From: Setoptus koraiensis
Taxonomy: Eukaryota > Animalia > Arthropoda
Direction: 5' to 3'
DNA length: 64,000 nt
NCBI GenBank assembly: GCA_048013815.1
Contig: CM106585.1
Location: 7,874,001 to 7,938,000 of the forward strand
Below are positions 25,701-38,070 of this stretch, piece after piece. A program made the translations under genes and the position numbers. Under the pieces are notes generated by a model. The model saw nothing but the letters and a program-made list of their open reading frames with translations, was not told where the DNA came from and searched no databases. Position 1 is the first letter of the stretch; each line of letters begins with the position of its first letter.

Positions 25701-28387
25701 CAACAACAACAGCAACGGCATGTTTGTGGCAACAACGTTGCAAATGCGCAAACAAACTTGACTACATTTACAATATTTCTTGTTATTACGCAAGTCGCTA
25801 CTACTGATAGGCACACCTATTTTTAGTGGCGCCACCTATGTATTCTCATGGTCAACATGGAGGCGAAAAAAAACAAGCGGAAGTGAGCTATTAAAACTGT
25901 TTGTGTGCCTATCTAATCTGACCATATTGACGACATATTAACGACGACGAGGCCTCACACGCTCGACCTCTCCGCATGCAATCAGATTAAAGTCTCACAA
26001 GCTCTGATCAGGAAGTGTAGGCACGTTGCAATTGCAAACTAATTAATTCTAATAGCAACATTATCAAGAGCAATCATCAGACACAGTGGTGCCGATAATT
26101 GACACTAGATTACCCCTGTTTGATTTGATTTTTCAAGCCTCATAGAGATAAGTCTCTCGAGATAACTCTCTCTCTCTCGCTCACTCTCTGCCTATGATCG
26201 GCCCACGTTGGTTGCTTGACTTACCTGTTGATGTGTTATGTTGTAATTGATTTGTCAATTAGAGAATCATTAATTGATAATTGATTTTTGTGTAGGTGTC
26301 GGGGTGGATGTGCATTTTTCGCGCGTATCCATGGAAACGTGGCGAAATAAGTAAATGGATAAGAGAGAGAAGAGATAGAGAGAGGTCAGTGTTAGTTAAT
26401 CCCAAGTGCTTATGAATTTGAGTAAGTCTCATAAGAGACTAATGGGTATATCGAAAGCGCAAGCTTGCTCTATGTTAATTAAATATAATTTGAATATTCA
26501 GTAACTCAAAACTCAATTATAATCTACAATTGGCGTTCGATGTTTTGTAATGTTTGCCAAAAATCAATCAATGCAAGTACAAAATTGACTTGCAACAGTC
26601 ACAATGGCGATAAATCTTGTACCTTTTAGAATCGATTGTGCCTATAAATAGATAAGATCGGCAATAAATAGTTGCTTTAAAAGACGAGAAAAAAAAACAA
26701 TCATAATATTTATGCTTCTCGAAGGGTTTTGTTCACCTTCAGAATAAAGAGGCGAAATTGATGTGAAGCCAAGGCCAGTTATGGCTGGTTGAGTTAATCC
26801 TGCTGTGATGCCATCGATGTATTCGATCAATCATCAGAGATTGACGTGGCCGATTCTAGGATCTTTGCAATATTACTTAAACGATAATAAAATCATTCTC
26901 AAGCAGATGCAATGAGACAAGAGTCACCCATAAGTCAATCGAGTCTCGTATTGCTGATTGAAGAAGATAGATTTTATCTGACAAGACTCAAATATAATTA
27001 TAATAAATTTGACCTGGCCTATAAGACATTTCTACAATCGGAAATGGTGATTTCATTTCACGACAAGCTGACTTGCGACGATTTTGCTCACAATCCAGTT
27101 CTTTTCTGTAGCAACTCATCAATATTTAAGGACACGATGCTTTTTTTCGAGGTCATTCCGGCAGCAATTTGTTGTAATTATCGCCACGATCGATTAGTCG
27201 TGACATTGATCGTCTAAACAGCAGCTCGCTCGTTGACCACGCCGATTACAAGATGGAGCCACTATTCACACTCACAACTTGGTTAACTTGGTGGTAGTGT
27301 AACAAGTTGTTTTCCAACTTATACACTATCTATAAGTTGAACCAAAAACCGGTTGAAAAAAAATTTTTAAATATCAAGACGGCCGCAGTTGGCGCCATCC
27401 GGCGACGATGGTCGAAAGCTTTGCATGAAAATCCAAGTAACTGTTTGAGTTATTCAACTCTGGATGGCGCCACCAATTGCTTGTCTACAATTATAGGCTG
27501 CAATTTAGCACTGTCTTGGCAAAAAAAATCATCATTTGATGAGTTGGATTAGACATATCAACTGTGCTAGTATCACCTGTTGTGTGTGAGTGTGCGAGAT
27601 ACGCTTGATAAGAAATTTCTTTTACGCAACGTCTAACTAATCACCGTGTAAGTGTTGGAGTTTAATTGATTACATAAACTTGTCTGATGTGATCAATTGA
27701 ATGTGAAACAATGTTCGTAGAGTCGGGTGGGGATAGCAGCCGATAAGGTTGACACCCGACGTGTAGGATACATCCAAATAGAGAGATAGAGCGAGAATCA
27801 GAGATTAGCCTTGATCTTAAAACTCGTTGGGGGAACAACAAGTTTGAATTTGGATAATTTTGCTAGTTTTGAATTTTGAGATAATTGAATAAATTGAATT
27901 GGTTGAATCTGCTCGAGCGGCAGGCAATTATCTGGAGTCGAGTTAGGCAGCGTCAATTACAGGATTGAGCAGGATGCAGCAGCAAGCAATAATTAATGAA
28001 CAAATCGAAGAAACAACAATTATTGTACTCGTCTTCTTCTCGGAATTATACTAGTTCATATTAGTTGTATTTATTCATTATCTGCCAACAACAGCCAGTG
28101 GTGCCCATGTGCAACCCGTTAGTTCCTGTGTTTGTGTGTCTCTTCATCGTCATATAAACAGATTTGTGCTCAATTCAATTCGAGTCATAAGTTTAATCTC
28201 TAATTTTAGTTGTAATATTTTAATCTTAAGCAAATATTTCGCCTTGGCTTCATATTCGATTTGGCGCATCTCGCAACTGTTGTCTTGATGCAACGGATTG
28301 CATCATCGTCATCATCATCGTCGTCATCATGAGGATCATGATGCAGAGTGTGTCTAGGAAGTAATTAGTCATAGCTACTACGGTACT

Positions 28388-28388
<1 letters not shown>

Positions 28389-28439
<51 letters not shown>

Positions 28440-28440
28440 C
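28389..28440. repeat. (CAA)17 microsatellite
   Basis: Perfect array. Confidence 0.95.
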
Positions 28441-30891
28441 TACCTCTACTGCCAAAACTAACAAACGGGTGCTAAACAAAAATCGTTAATTAGATTTAGT
28501 TGTTCATTAACAGGTTGACCATGCAAATAATAATAGTGATATAATGAACACAGCGGTTCGGATTGAAAAAATTAATAACTTAAGCCAGACGAACAAAGAG
28601 AGACACGATGTGTGTCTAGACGGGGCGCACATATTATTATTATATGATATTATACTCGAGATACGGTGGTATTAATGTAATTTCCTAGCGAGATTCTCAT
28701 CATCTGATTATCGTCTGAAGATGGGTGAGATGGGCAGACGGATAACGCGAAATAGGCGCAAAAACAAACTGACAAATCATGATAGATTGACTGTGTTGGT
28801 TAGATTGATGGCATGCAAAAATGTTGGCAAAAATTGCGTAATGCAGTGTTGGGTGGAAACTTTTGTCGCCCAACGCAAACGCACATTTCATGCACACTCA
28901 ATTGCTCACCTTTTTGAGATTGTGTCTAATAGATTGCGTCATCTATCAATAAATACACCCATTCGAACACATGTGAGTGCATATACGAATGAGGTGACAC
29001 ATTATTATTAGACACACAACAACATTTGTCAGTATTAATAGTGATGCTGTCAGCAACAATCAGATATTGGGCTCTCATTGGGACAGGAAATGCCGACAAT
29101 TTGTGCCATCAGCATCATGGTTGTCCAGCGACAATTAGCTTGCCATCAAATGTATTGAGATGTACATTTGAGATGGTGTGTGATTGTGTCGCACCCACTG
29201 AAATGGAATTGGTTGTTGGAAGCAACTGGAAGTGTGCCGCGCTGATGTTGTTGAAATGGAATAAAAATGATAAAAAAACAAAAAATATTATCGGCAACAG
29301 CAACATTAACCTATTACATAATGGTACACGTTAATGATGAATAATGGTTGAGCAACGCAATGGCCTGAGCCGGCAAACAAACAGGTGAGCTGCTGGACAA
29401 ACGGTGGCTCGTCGTAAACAAATGTCAGTCACATTTAGTTTATCTCGTTAGTTAGCTTGTTGTTGAATGAGTAGTGCTGTGATTCACGGTCAAACTGGGA
29501 GCGCAACTTGTTGCGCGGCTTGGTATCAGTGACTGGCTAACACCATTAGTGGGCCACGCCAAACGAACTTGGATCATTATTTTTGCTGCCGTTTCATATT
29601 AATTATCACCACTATGTAATGCTCGTGTCGTCTGCCAGTATCTAATCGATGATATAAGCCAAATAACTGTTGCGCTGATCAGGTTAGTCGGTGAGATGGA
29701 ATGAGATGGAACAGCAGCAACAATTATCCAAGACGCACTATCCAGCTTTGGCGAGACAATTACGTAAGATGCTCGCCCAAACATGATAGTAGGCAGAGCA
29801 AACTGTTACACCTGTTAGTTAGTCTGCGCACAGTTATTTTTCAGATTGTATATGTTACGGAAAACGCAAACCATTAGCGTTCACATACAGTTAGATAAGG
29901 CAGTTATGAATGGTGTGATTGAATCAATAAATCTTTCAACAATTTGTTGGCCCGACAGCTCAAAAGATGTCAAGCCCGTAGCTGTCTGCTGGTTAGCTGG
30001 CGAGTGGCGAGTTATCTGTTTGGCGCATCTCGCTGATATCGCTGGCATCAACCGATCGGCAGCCGATTCCAGGATGCAACAACAGGTCGCAATCAGATGG
30101 CCACGATTAAAATAAGGAAGCTGCATCATTGATAAGCACGGTATATGGGTCAGTTTGCAATAATGATGTGATCTATTCCGCTGCTGCGCGCATCCAATTC
30201 GCTCCGTTTCTAATCGATTCAAATCGATTGGCTGCGCTGTTGTTGTTTCGAATTGTTTTGATTTTGCGCCGGCTTGCGCAAACGTATTTACAATTGCATA
30301 TTTAAATCATAACAAAGTGCGGACAGGCCGACATTGAAGGTCGACATTGGCAGGCTGCGGGCCGCAACTGCCGAGCAAAGTCGCAACCGAGCGCTTACAG
30401 GACGAGGAAATAGAGGCATCTCATCTGCATATTTTTGTAATTTATCCACGATGGACAACAACAACAACAACCGCAGATAGTATCTGATGATTGCGATGCA
30501 TCGCGGCATTTTGCATTGGGACGCCGTTGGTCTGTTGTGAGTTGGTCTGTTGTGAATCACAACTTGTGATCATACGGCGCATATTTATTCAAGTTCAACA
30601 CAAACACCGCACACTGACCACAACAACTGACCACACACCGAACAATTGAACAAACGCAACGCAAAATTGTGGCAAAGTTTGTTGGGCCACAATTTTCGCT
30701 TGCTGTGTCGCCGTGCTGGCTACCTGTTGTGGCGCAATTGTGGCACAACATCAAACATCATACATTATACATCATACATCATACATCATACATTATACAT
30801 TATACAGGTGAGTTAACTGTGGCAAGTATGACGCAACAGTGAGCTCGCCGGTGTTACGCGAACAGTCAAGAGCAGAGCCACTCAAGATGCT

Positions 30892-30894
<3 letters not shown>

Positions 30895-30944
<50 letters not shown>
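30895..30944. repeat. (GT)25 microsatellite
   Basis: Perfect array. Confidence 0.95.
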
Positions 30945-30946
<2 letters not shown>

Positions 30947-31479
30947 CGGGTTATTTGTGGCGCCGCAGGTGAACCCTTTGCCTGTGAGTTTATCGAAAAC
31001 AAAATCAGCCAATGAATCTCAACGCGAACAAGAGCGCTCTATCATTATGATTGCAGTGGTCAGTTTGTTGGCACTCAACCGAAAATCGCCAGCACATTGG
31101 CCGGCAACGGCGTATTGGCCATAGCAATGCTGTGTGCGTATATCTAAATTGTATATCGACTGTCAGATTTGGACAGGTGAGACTGTGCTGTTGTGCAACC
31201 GTGTTGTGTATGGGTCATGGCGGCGCGCAAAGTTGTTACATAACAACATTGCGTTGTGTGCATAGCAGCAGCAACAACAACAAGTGGCTAGAAATAACTG
31301 TTACCATTGGCATTGCCATTGATGCTGGCGTGTTGGTGCGTTAATATGGCAAAGACAGTGCGAGATAAAATGAAATAAAATAAAATAATCCGTTGCTGCT
31401 GCTGCCGCCACAACAACAGCAACCACAACACCGGCCACGGCAACGCCAACAGCGGCAGCAACAGCAGCAACAACAGCAA

Positions 31480-31510
<31 letters not shown>

Positions 31511-33787
31511 GGCCACAAAGACAACAGGTTGGCGTTGTCCATTAGGCGTGCGTCGGATGTATCGACTTGTGTGTATTGAACGTATCGGCTGGCGGCGTAA
31601 ACTGACCAAACTGACAATGCCAACCTATCGGCGCCGACTGCAACAGGTTCTCTTGCAGATCTTACGTAAGCTGAGGTAACGTTTTTCTGCTTAAATGTAC
31701 TGTCTGCATACCGGCGGCCGCATATGTAAAGCGAGTGTGTGTTTGCGTAGGCAACTGCTAAATTGTGAGCACAACTCACAATTGTGTCTAGTGTCATGAT
31801 TGAGAAGAACAAGAGTGGTCAATGTCCTCTTTAAAATCATCATCAACAACAACATGATCTTGAAACAACTCCCAAGATTGTCGACTCCAACACAGCCACT
31901 ACTGATCGCAAACACACTCGTTTATATCGTATTATACATATGGTTGTATCGTCGAAATAGACGGACAGTTTCTCGACAGTTGCCGCTGATAATACAAACA
32001 CAAAAATATAATGAAACCAGAAAGAATCGCTGCCAAATATAAGAATATATTGATGATATTAGACAGGCTCACATATTAAATATTGGATATGCTAATGAGG
32101 CTGACCTTCAATCGCCATTCAAGCTGCCAACATCGTTGCTGGCCTGAAATTTGAAATCCTTCTTCCACATTTGAGCGTTCGCGAATGCGTTTATTAAAAA
32201 ATGCATTTGCACAGTGCCAAACGCACCGCCAAACGCACCGACGAACACACTGACGAATATATGCAGATATATGGTGATTGATGAACAGTATGACACACTC
32301 TCTGCAGAAACACTCAAGATGCAAATGCTCTTGTCACACTTATCATCGCAAATGATTGATGATGATGTTTTGATTGTGGCTGGCAAGCAACTAATCAGTG
32401 CCATTGATGAGTCTCAGTGTCGGCAATGGTTGCGTCAGAGCGCTCGCGTCAGATTGCGTCGCAATTGGCGGGCCAAAACTGGAGCAGATCGCATGCTGTT
32501 AGTGTTTACTTAGCTAATGTGACAGCATCACTTTAGCGTAAGTATTTCATTCCGACCAGACGAGCGATGCAAATAAATCTCGACAAAAGCAATGGCAATG
32601 GCATTGAGATTGCGATTGCGACTTGTCTGGTTGGCATGCAAAGTGCCAGTGTTAACTTGATTATCGGGCCAAGATTGATCGAGCTGCTCTCACTTGTGAG
32701 TCGCTTGTCGGGCCGACGGAGGCGCCTCCGTCGAGTGAGTCGCCGATTTTTTGCACTCGCCACACAAACCGCAGTATCGCTGTTGCTGCTCGCTGGCCAG
32801 CATCTCAATCACGGCAATTAATTTGCTCGCTCGCCTAATTAAGCAAATCTCTCAACTCGAAAAAACTTCTTTATTTTGCATTGGCGCCAGCACATTGTGT
32901 GCCCATTTCTCATGTATTATCTCGCCCAATTCTTATACAGCGCGAGGTTCAGTGACCTCGCTGTATAAGAAATAGACAGACAAATTGCGCACAAATTACA
33001 CACAAATGCCAGCCATCGCAAGCCGTGCATTTATCCGTCAAAATCACAGATTGCGCCTGTCGATATTACGCTGACATAAATGCGAACTGGCAACGCTGAC
33101 AAATTGAAATTCACAACTCACATCTAATCAACGCTCTAATCATCCCATTTGGGCCCTTCACACGCCAGCTAATTAGTGCACTTGCTCAATTATAATTACT
33201 AACCGACTAACTTGTAAATGTCAGAGTGCTCATCTCAGCTGATCGCACAACGACGGCCCAATGACAAGTTGAGCGATGTAAATTGTGAGCGCCAACAATC
33301 ACCTGTGATGTTGTCTGTCAGCGCCGGCAAAGTTAGTCACAGCAGCCAACAAAGTCAACAGTTTGATAGGTGATATGTCAGACGTAACAGCCACGTAACA
33401 GGCAAAAGGCAACAGGCGACAGGTGAGAGCAAAGAGGCGCCTGACAGACGGGCGACAGATAACAGGTAACAGCTGACAGGAATAGCAAATTGAATTAGGA
33501 CAGCTCGCACTGTTCAACAGTGACTGTTGGCGGTAATTATTGCGCAATACTTGTATGCATAGCAATAATAATGATAGTGACGACGACGACGACGACGATG
33601 ATGATGATGATGATATGCACTTGTGCAGATGCAGCCCAGACAGACGAGCGCTGGCAAGAGTGCGAAACGAGGGCCCGCCGACAACCACAGACGAGCACCA
33701 TTATCGTGTTACTATTATCATCATTACTGGCACCAACGACAGCAACGACAGCAACGACAGCAACAACAGCGACAACAACAAAAACAA

Positions 33788-33846
<59 letters not shown>

Positions 33847-36596
33847 ACAACGACAGCTAAGGGTGAAATTAGCTCAATTGATGAGTCACTAGAGCACACA
33901 TTGCACACTCATTACGGTGATTATGGTCTCGCCAATGGTGTTGTTGGCGTCGTTGTTGCTGTCGTTGTTGCTGTTGTTGTTGGCGTTGTTGATCTTGGCT
34001 GTGCGCACACGACACGTACTGGCCGTGGGTTTTGTTTGTGTGTGAGCTCTTTCTTGTCGCTTCTCGTTGCCTTTACTTGGCCTGGCAACATGGTGCTGGT
34101 GCCCTGGCTCTCGTTGCCTTGGTGTGTGAGTGCGCGATTAGTTGAGTGGGCGCCCGACAAATCAACGAGCAACTTGATGATGATTATGCAATAATAAGTG
34201 TATAAAACAAATTGTTGTTGTTGTTGTTGTTGTTGCTGCCGCCGTCGCTGTTAATTATGGCACACAATTTCATCATCGTGAGCGTCATCGTCCTGTTAGA
34301 GCTCATCTTTGTAGGTGGCGCCACTCGACAAAAGGGTCAACGACGTCTGGCAGCTCGCTCTGAACCGTTAATTGTCGTGTGCTGATTATGCTATTATCAT
34401 TATTATTATTACTATTATTATTATTATTGTTGCTGCTGCTGCTGTTGTTGTTGTTGCTGCTGTTGTTGTTTTTGTGGACGCGCCAGCAACAATTGTACAA
34501 CAAATGTTACATAATAATGTTACCATAACAACATGCGCTGTTGCTGATAAGAGGCCATTTTGCCATTTCGCACTTGTTGCCGCTCATCGCAGAGCCGGCA
34601 CAGACAGCGCCAACAACAGCAGCAACAACAACAACAACGGCAACAACAACGGCAACAACAACGGCAAAACGATGACGAAACAAATAATAAAAATAAAATC
34701 GCATGTAATCAAGCGCGCTCAACTAATGTTACGCAACAAGACACAGCGAGTGCAGCGGTAATAAAGTAAACAGTGTTAACTCATTCGTCAGTTGGCCGAC
34801 AAAACAAACACTTGTCGTTGTGATGCTGTTGCCGTTGTTGTTGCCGTTGTTGTTGTTGCTGTTGTTGTTGCTGTTGTTGCCGTTGTTGTTGTTGCTGTTG
34901 TTGTTTTCAGTTACACATGTTATTAAGTTGATTATGTACGTTAGTTATCAGTTGTGAGCCAGCCAGAATCACACATGATTGAGCGTTGTTGTCCAACACA
35001 CACACACACACACACACACACCAATAGCATCGCACGCAGTTACATAACATCGCAGTTACATAACATCGCTGGCGAGTGGCAAGTGGCAAGCGGCAAGTAA
35101 AAGTTGCGTGGGCGTTATATTACACACACGTAAGGCATCATGTAAGGCACACACTTACTGGCACTCACATGTTATGCAACAATGGCCGCTAACAACGGGC
35201 ACTTGTTGTTGTTTTATTTATATCTATTTAGAGTGTGCGAGTGCTATCACTCGCTCGCACACTTTGCAAACAGTCGACCAATAATAATATTAGTATAAAT
35301 ATATCTCCAGACACAGTTATCGCTTGATAACATTATACTGTGTCCTATAGTGTGTCTGGGTCATTATGCAACAGCAGCAACACACTTTCCAATGGGCCAA
35401 CAACAACGGCAGTTTGCAGCGGGCCAACAACAACGGTTTGCAACGGTTTGCAACTGTTTGCAACAGGTGAACGCGAAAACAACACACACACGGCTAGACA
35501 AGTTTCACTTAAAACAGTTATAAAAACAGTTATAATGATTTTAACAATTGCACAAAATTCACTCATCAATACTGGCGCTGTCTGAGGCGTTGGCCGGCAT
35601 TGGGCCGGCAATGGGATCAGATCGGACGCGATCAAATCCGATGGCGCCGAATCGGAAATGTAATCACACCGAAATGCTCGCTTGTGTTGGGCCGCTGATT
35701 AGATAGACACATGTTTTAAATATCGCCCGTTAGATCGGCTTAGATGGGATATTTAAACACACAAAAACTCTCGCTCTTTGTTGTTTGATTGGACAGAGTA
35801 AAACAATGCCACTGCCCCCGACATACAAACAATCGGACAATCAGACAAGCCAACAGCCTAACAGTGAAACAATCAAACAATCGGACGGGCAAACAACGCA
35901 ACTGTATTGATTGACTTTATTCAGTGAGTGCCTTTATGGCACAATGGCCAGACAAAAAGTAAAACATTTTATGCACGTCGATATTTGTCGAAACAATTAC
36001 TTTTTATTGATATATTTGCATACCATTTCGCTCTTGAATCGCGCACAATCCCAAACAGAGACATAGCATCAATCATCGGTAAATAGGTTGCTGGCGATTT
36101 AACCCGAACTGGGCGACCGACACGACACACACACGATGCAGCAATCTCTTACAGCGAATATCTTACTAGACGCAGATAAACTGGCTAAAGGGGCAGCGAG
36201 CAAACAACGGCAAGTGACCAGTCAAGTGTATTGCCATAAAGAGAGCGCTTGAGAGGTCTTTCGGGACCGGAAATAAACTTTGAATTTGTGTGTGGGTCGG
36301 CCTCTTACAGGGCAACTCTCGCTGGGGGCACGCTCACATTTGAGTGCAGATTTGGCACTTTGACCCAATAAATCGTGAACACAACCGAAATGGATGCTGT
36401 TCATACAACATGTTTTTTGTTATAGCCGAGATAATTGGATAATTCATGCGGCCCAATCTTGTTCTACTGTCAATGCTACCGAGCGCACTAATTGAAATTT
36501 AAAAATTGAAATTTTTAGCAAAAACGCGCGCACACCCAATGACAGACGACGATGCATTTATGAAAAAAAAAAGAAAAATTAGAGTTTCAAATCTGG

Positions 36597-36670
36597 GAAA
36601 AAGTTTCAAAATTTCATCCACGAAAAAGTTTCAGAATTTCAGATGCGGAAAAAGTTTCAGAAAATTGCGC
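36597..36670. repeat. Diverged ~25-bp tandem repeat (GAAAAAGTTTCARAATTTCA...) x3
   Basis: Units begin at 36597, 36622 and 36648. Confidence 0.75.
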
Positions 36671-37094
36671 TTGTTCCAGAATAAAGCAAAAAGTTGCATC
36701 GCTAATTCATCTTTTTTCAACCGGGAGAATAATTTTGGCTGGCGCCCGAAAAAAAGATTCACTTTGTTGGTTCGAGCACCGTTATTGAACGAACAATCTC
36801 ATTTGATATTCCGCCGAAATTATATATTGTGAAAAGTTGGCTTTATTTGATAGCTGCTAATTGGCAACTATCAAATGAAGCCAAATGAGTTGAGATCAAA
36901 TGCGTTGAGATCTAATGAGTTGAGTGGCCACTCGGTGAGCTCGGTGAGTTATGGGTAGCAATTTTTCAGCTTGGCGCTTTGGCGAGCGTCGCAAGCGAAA
37001 AAACGCTTGTCGCCAGCTAACGTGGTCGAAAGGCAACGAACGCGACGAGAATCAGTTATCGCATATAAGTGATTCTCGATTATAACTTAATTTA

Positions 37095-37134
37095 GACACC
37101 GAGACACCGAGACACCGAGACACCGAGACACCGA
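37095..37134. repeat. 8-bp tandem repeat GACACCGA x5
   Basis: Five perfect copies. Confidence 0.9.
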
Positions 37135-38029
37135 GACAACGAACAGACGGCAACAGGTTGGCCAGCGGACAGCGGACAGCGCCACAAAGAAGAAGAGAGT
37201 GAAATATCAATTAAGCCAGCTAATGAGATGATACTTTTCTTTATCTCGCCATTTATCTTTTTATTTCTGCTCTTCTTGTTTTTCTTTATTTCTTTATTTC
37301 TTTATTTCTGCGTTTCTCCATTTATCTGTTTGGCTCAAGTGTTGACCCCATTCAATTGTGGTCATGCATTATTATAATCATTATCACTCACATGATGCAT
37401 CAGCACCATGATCCAACTGACATGCAGAGTGTATGTATAAATCGCAGGATAATCAATTTGCGCACTCGGCAGCATGCACATATAAATAAATACATATAAA
37501 GGATATTATTGGAAGAAAGTTTAAGGTCATAAATCATTGAGAAAGTCTGTCTACAGTTGTGTGCCGTTTATGTGTGTCTCCTCGCAAGCTACGCACAGTG
37601 CTGAGAAAGTTGCCTCACACAGATAGAGATAATTGAAGATGGGAAAAGTTCTTTTCACCTGTTCTGTTCCATACCTGGATTGGTGTCTGGCGAGCGTTTT
37701 AAGTGGCGTTATAACTAGTTTGCTGGTTTGATGGTCAGCCTGAGATGATGCAACAAACCTGATGAGCAGCAAACTTGATGAGCAGCAACAACAGCAGCAA
37801 CAACAGCAGCAACAACAGCAGCAACAACAGCAGCAACAACAGCAGCAACAACAGTTAGACGTGAGCCCCTAATGAGTTGCCGCTCATCCCAGAATACTAA
37901 TGACCACTAAATAACATGGCTCAACACTGACTCTCTAAATGCATTAGTGCAATGTTATATAACAGTAATAATAATTTAAATTTGAATTACACACAAGTGG
38001 CGATGTTATATCCATATGTTAACATCTCA

Positions 38030-38070
<41 letters not shown>

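Noticed and set aside
29846-32513. Protein-looking frames at 29.9-30.2 kb and 32.1-32.5 kb
   Set aside because: They are open on both strands, with no recognisable motif or consistent splice pair; cannot be supported without expression data.
35143-35151. TAAGGCAC as miR-124
   Set aside because: Only the seed matches; the remainder and the hairpin do not.
36251-36306. HDV-like ribozyme (P1 GAGAGGU/GCCUCUU with G-U first pair)
   Set aside because: No P3/L3 before the 3' P1 strand, and no P2 or J4/2 catalytic C context.
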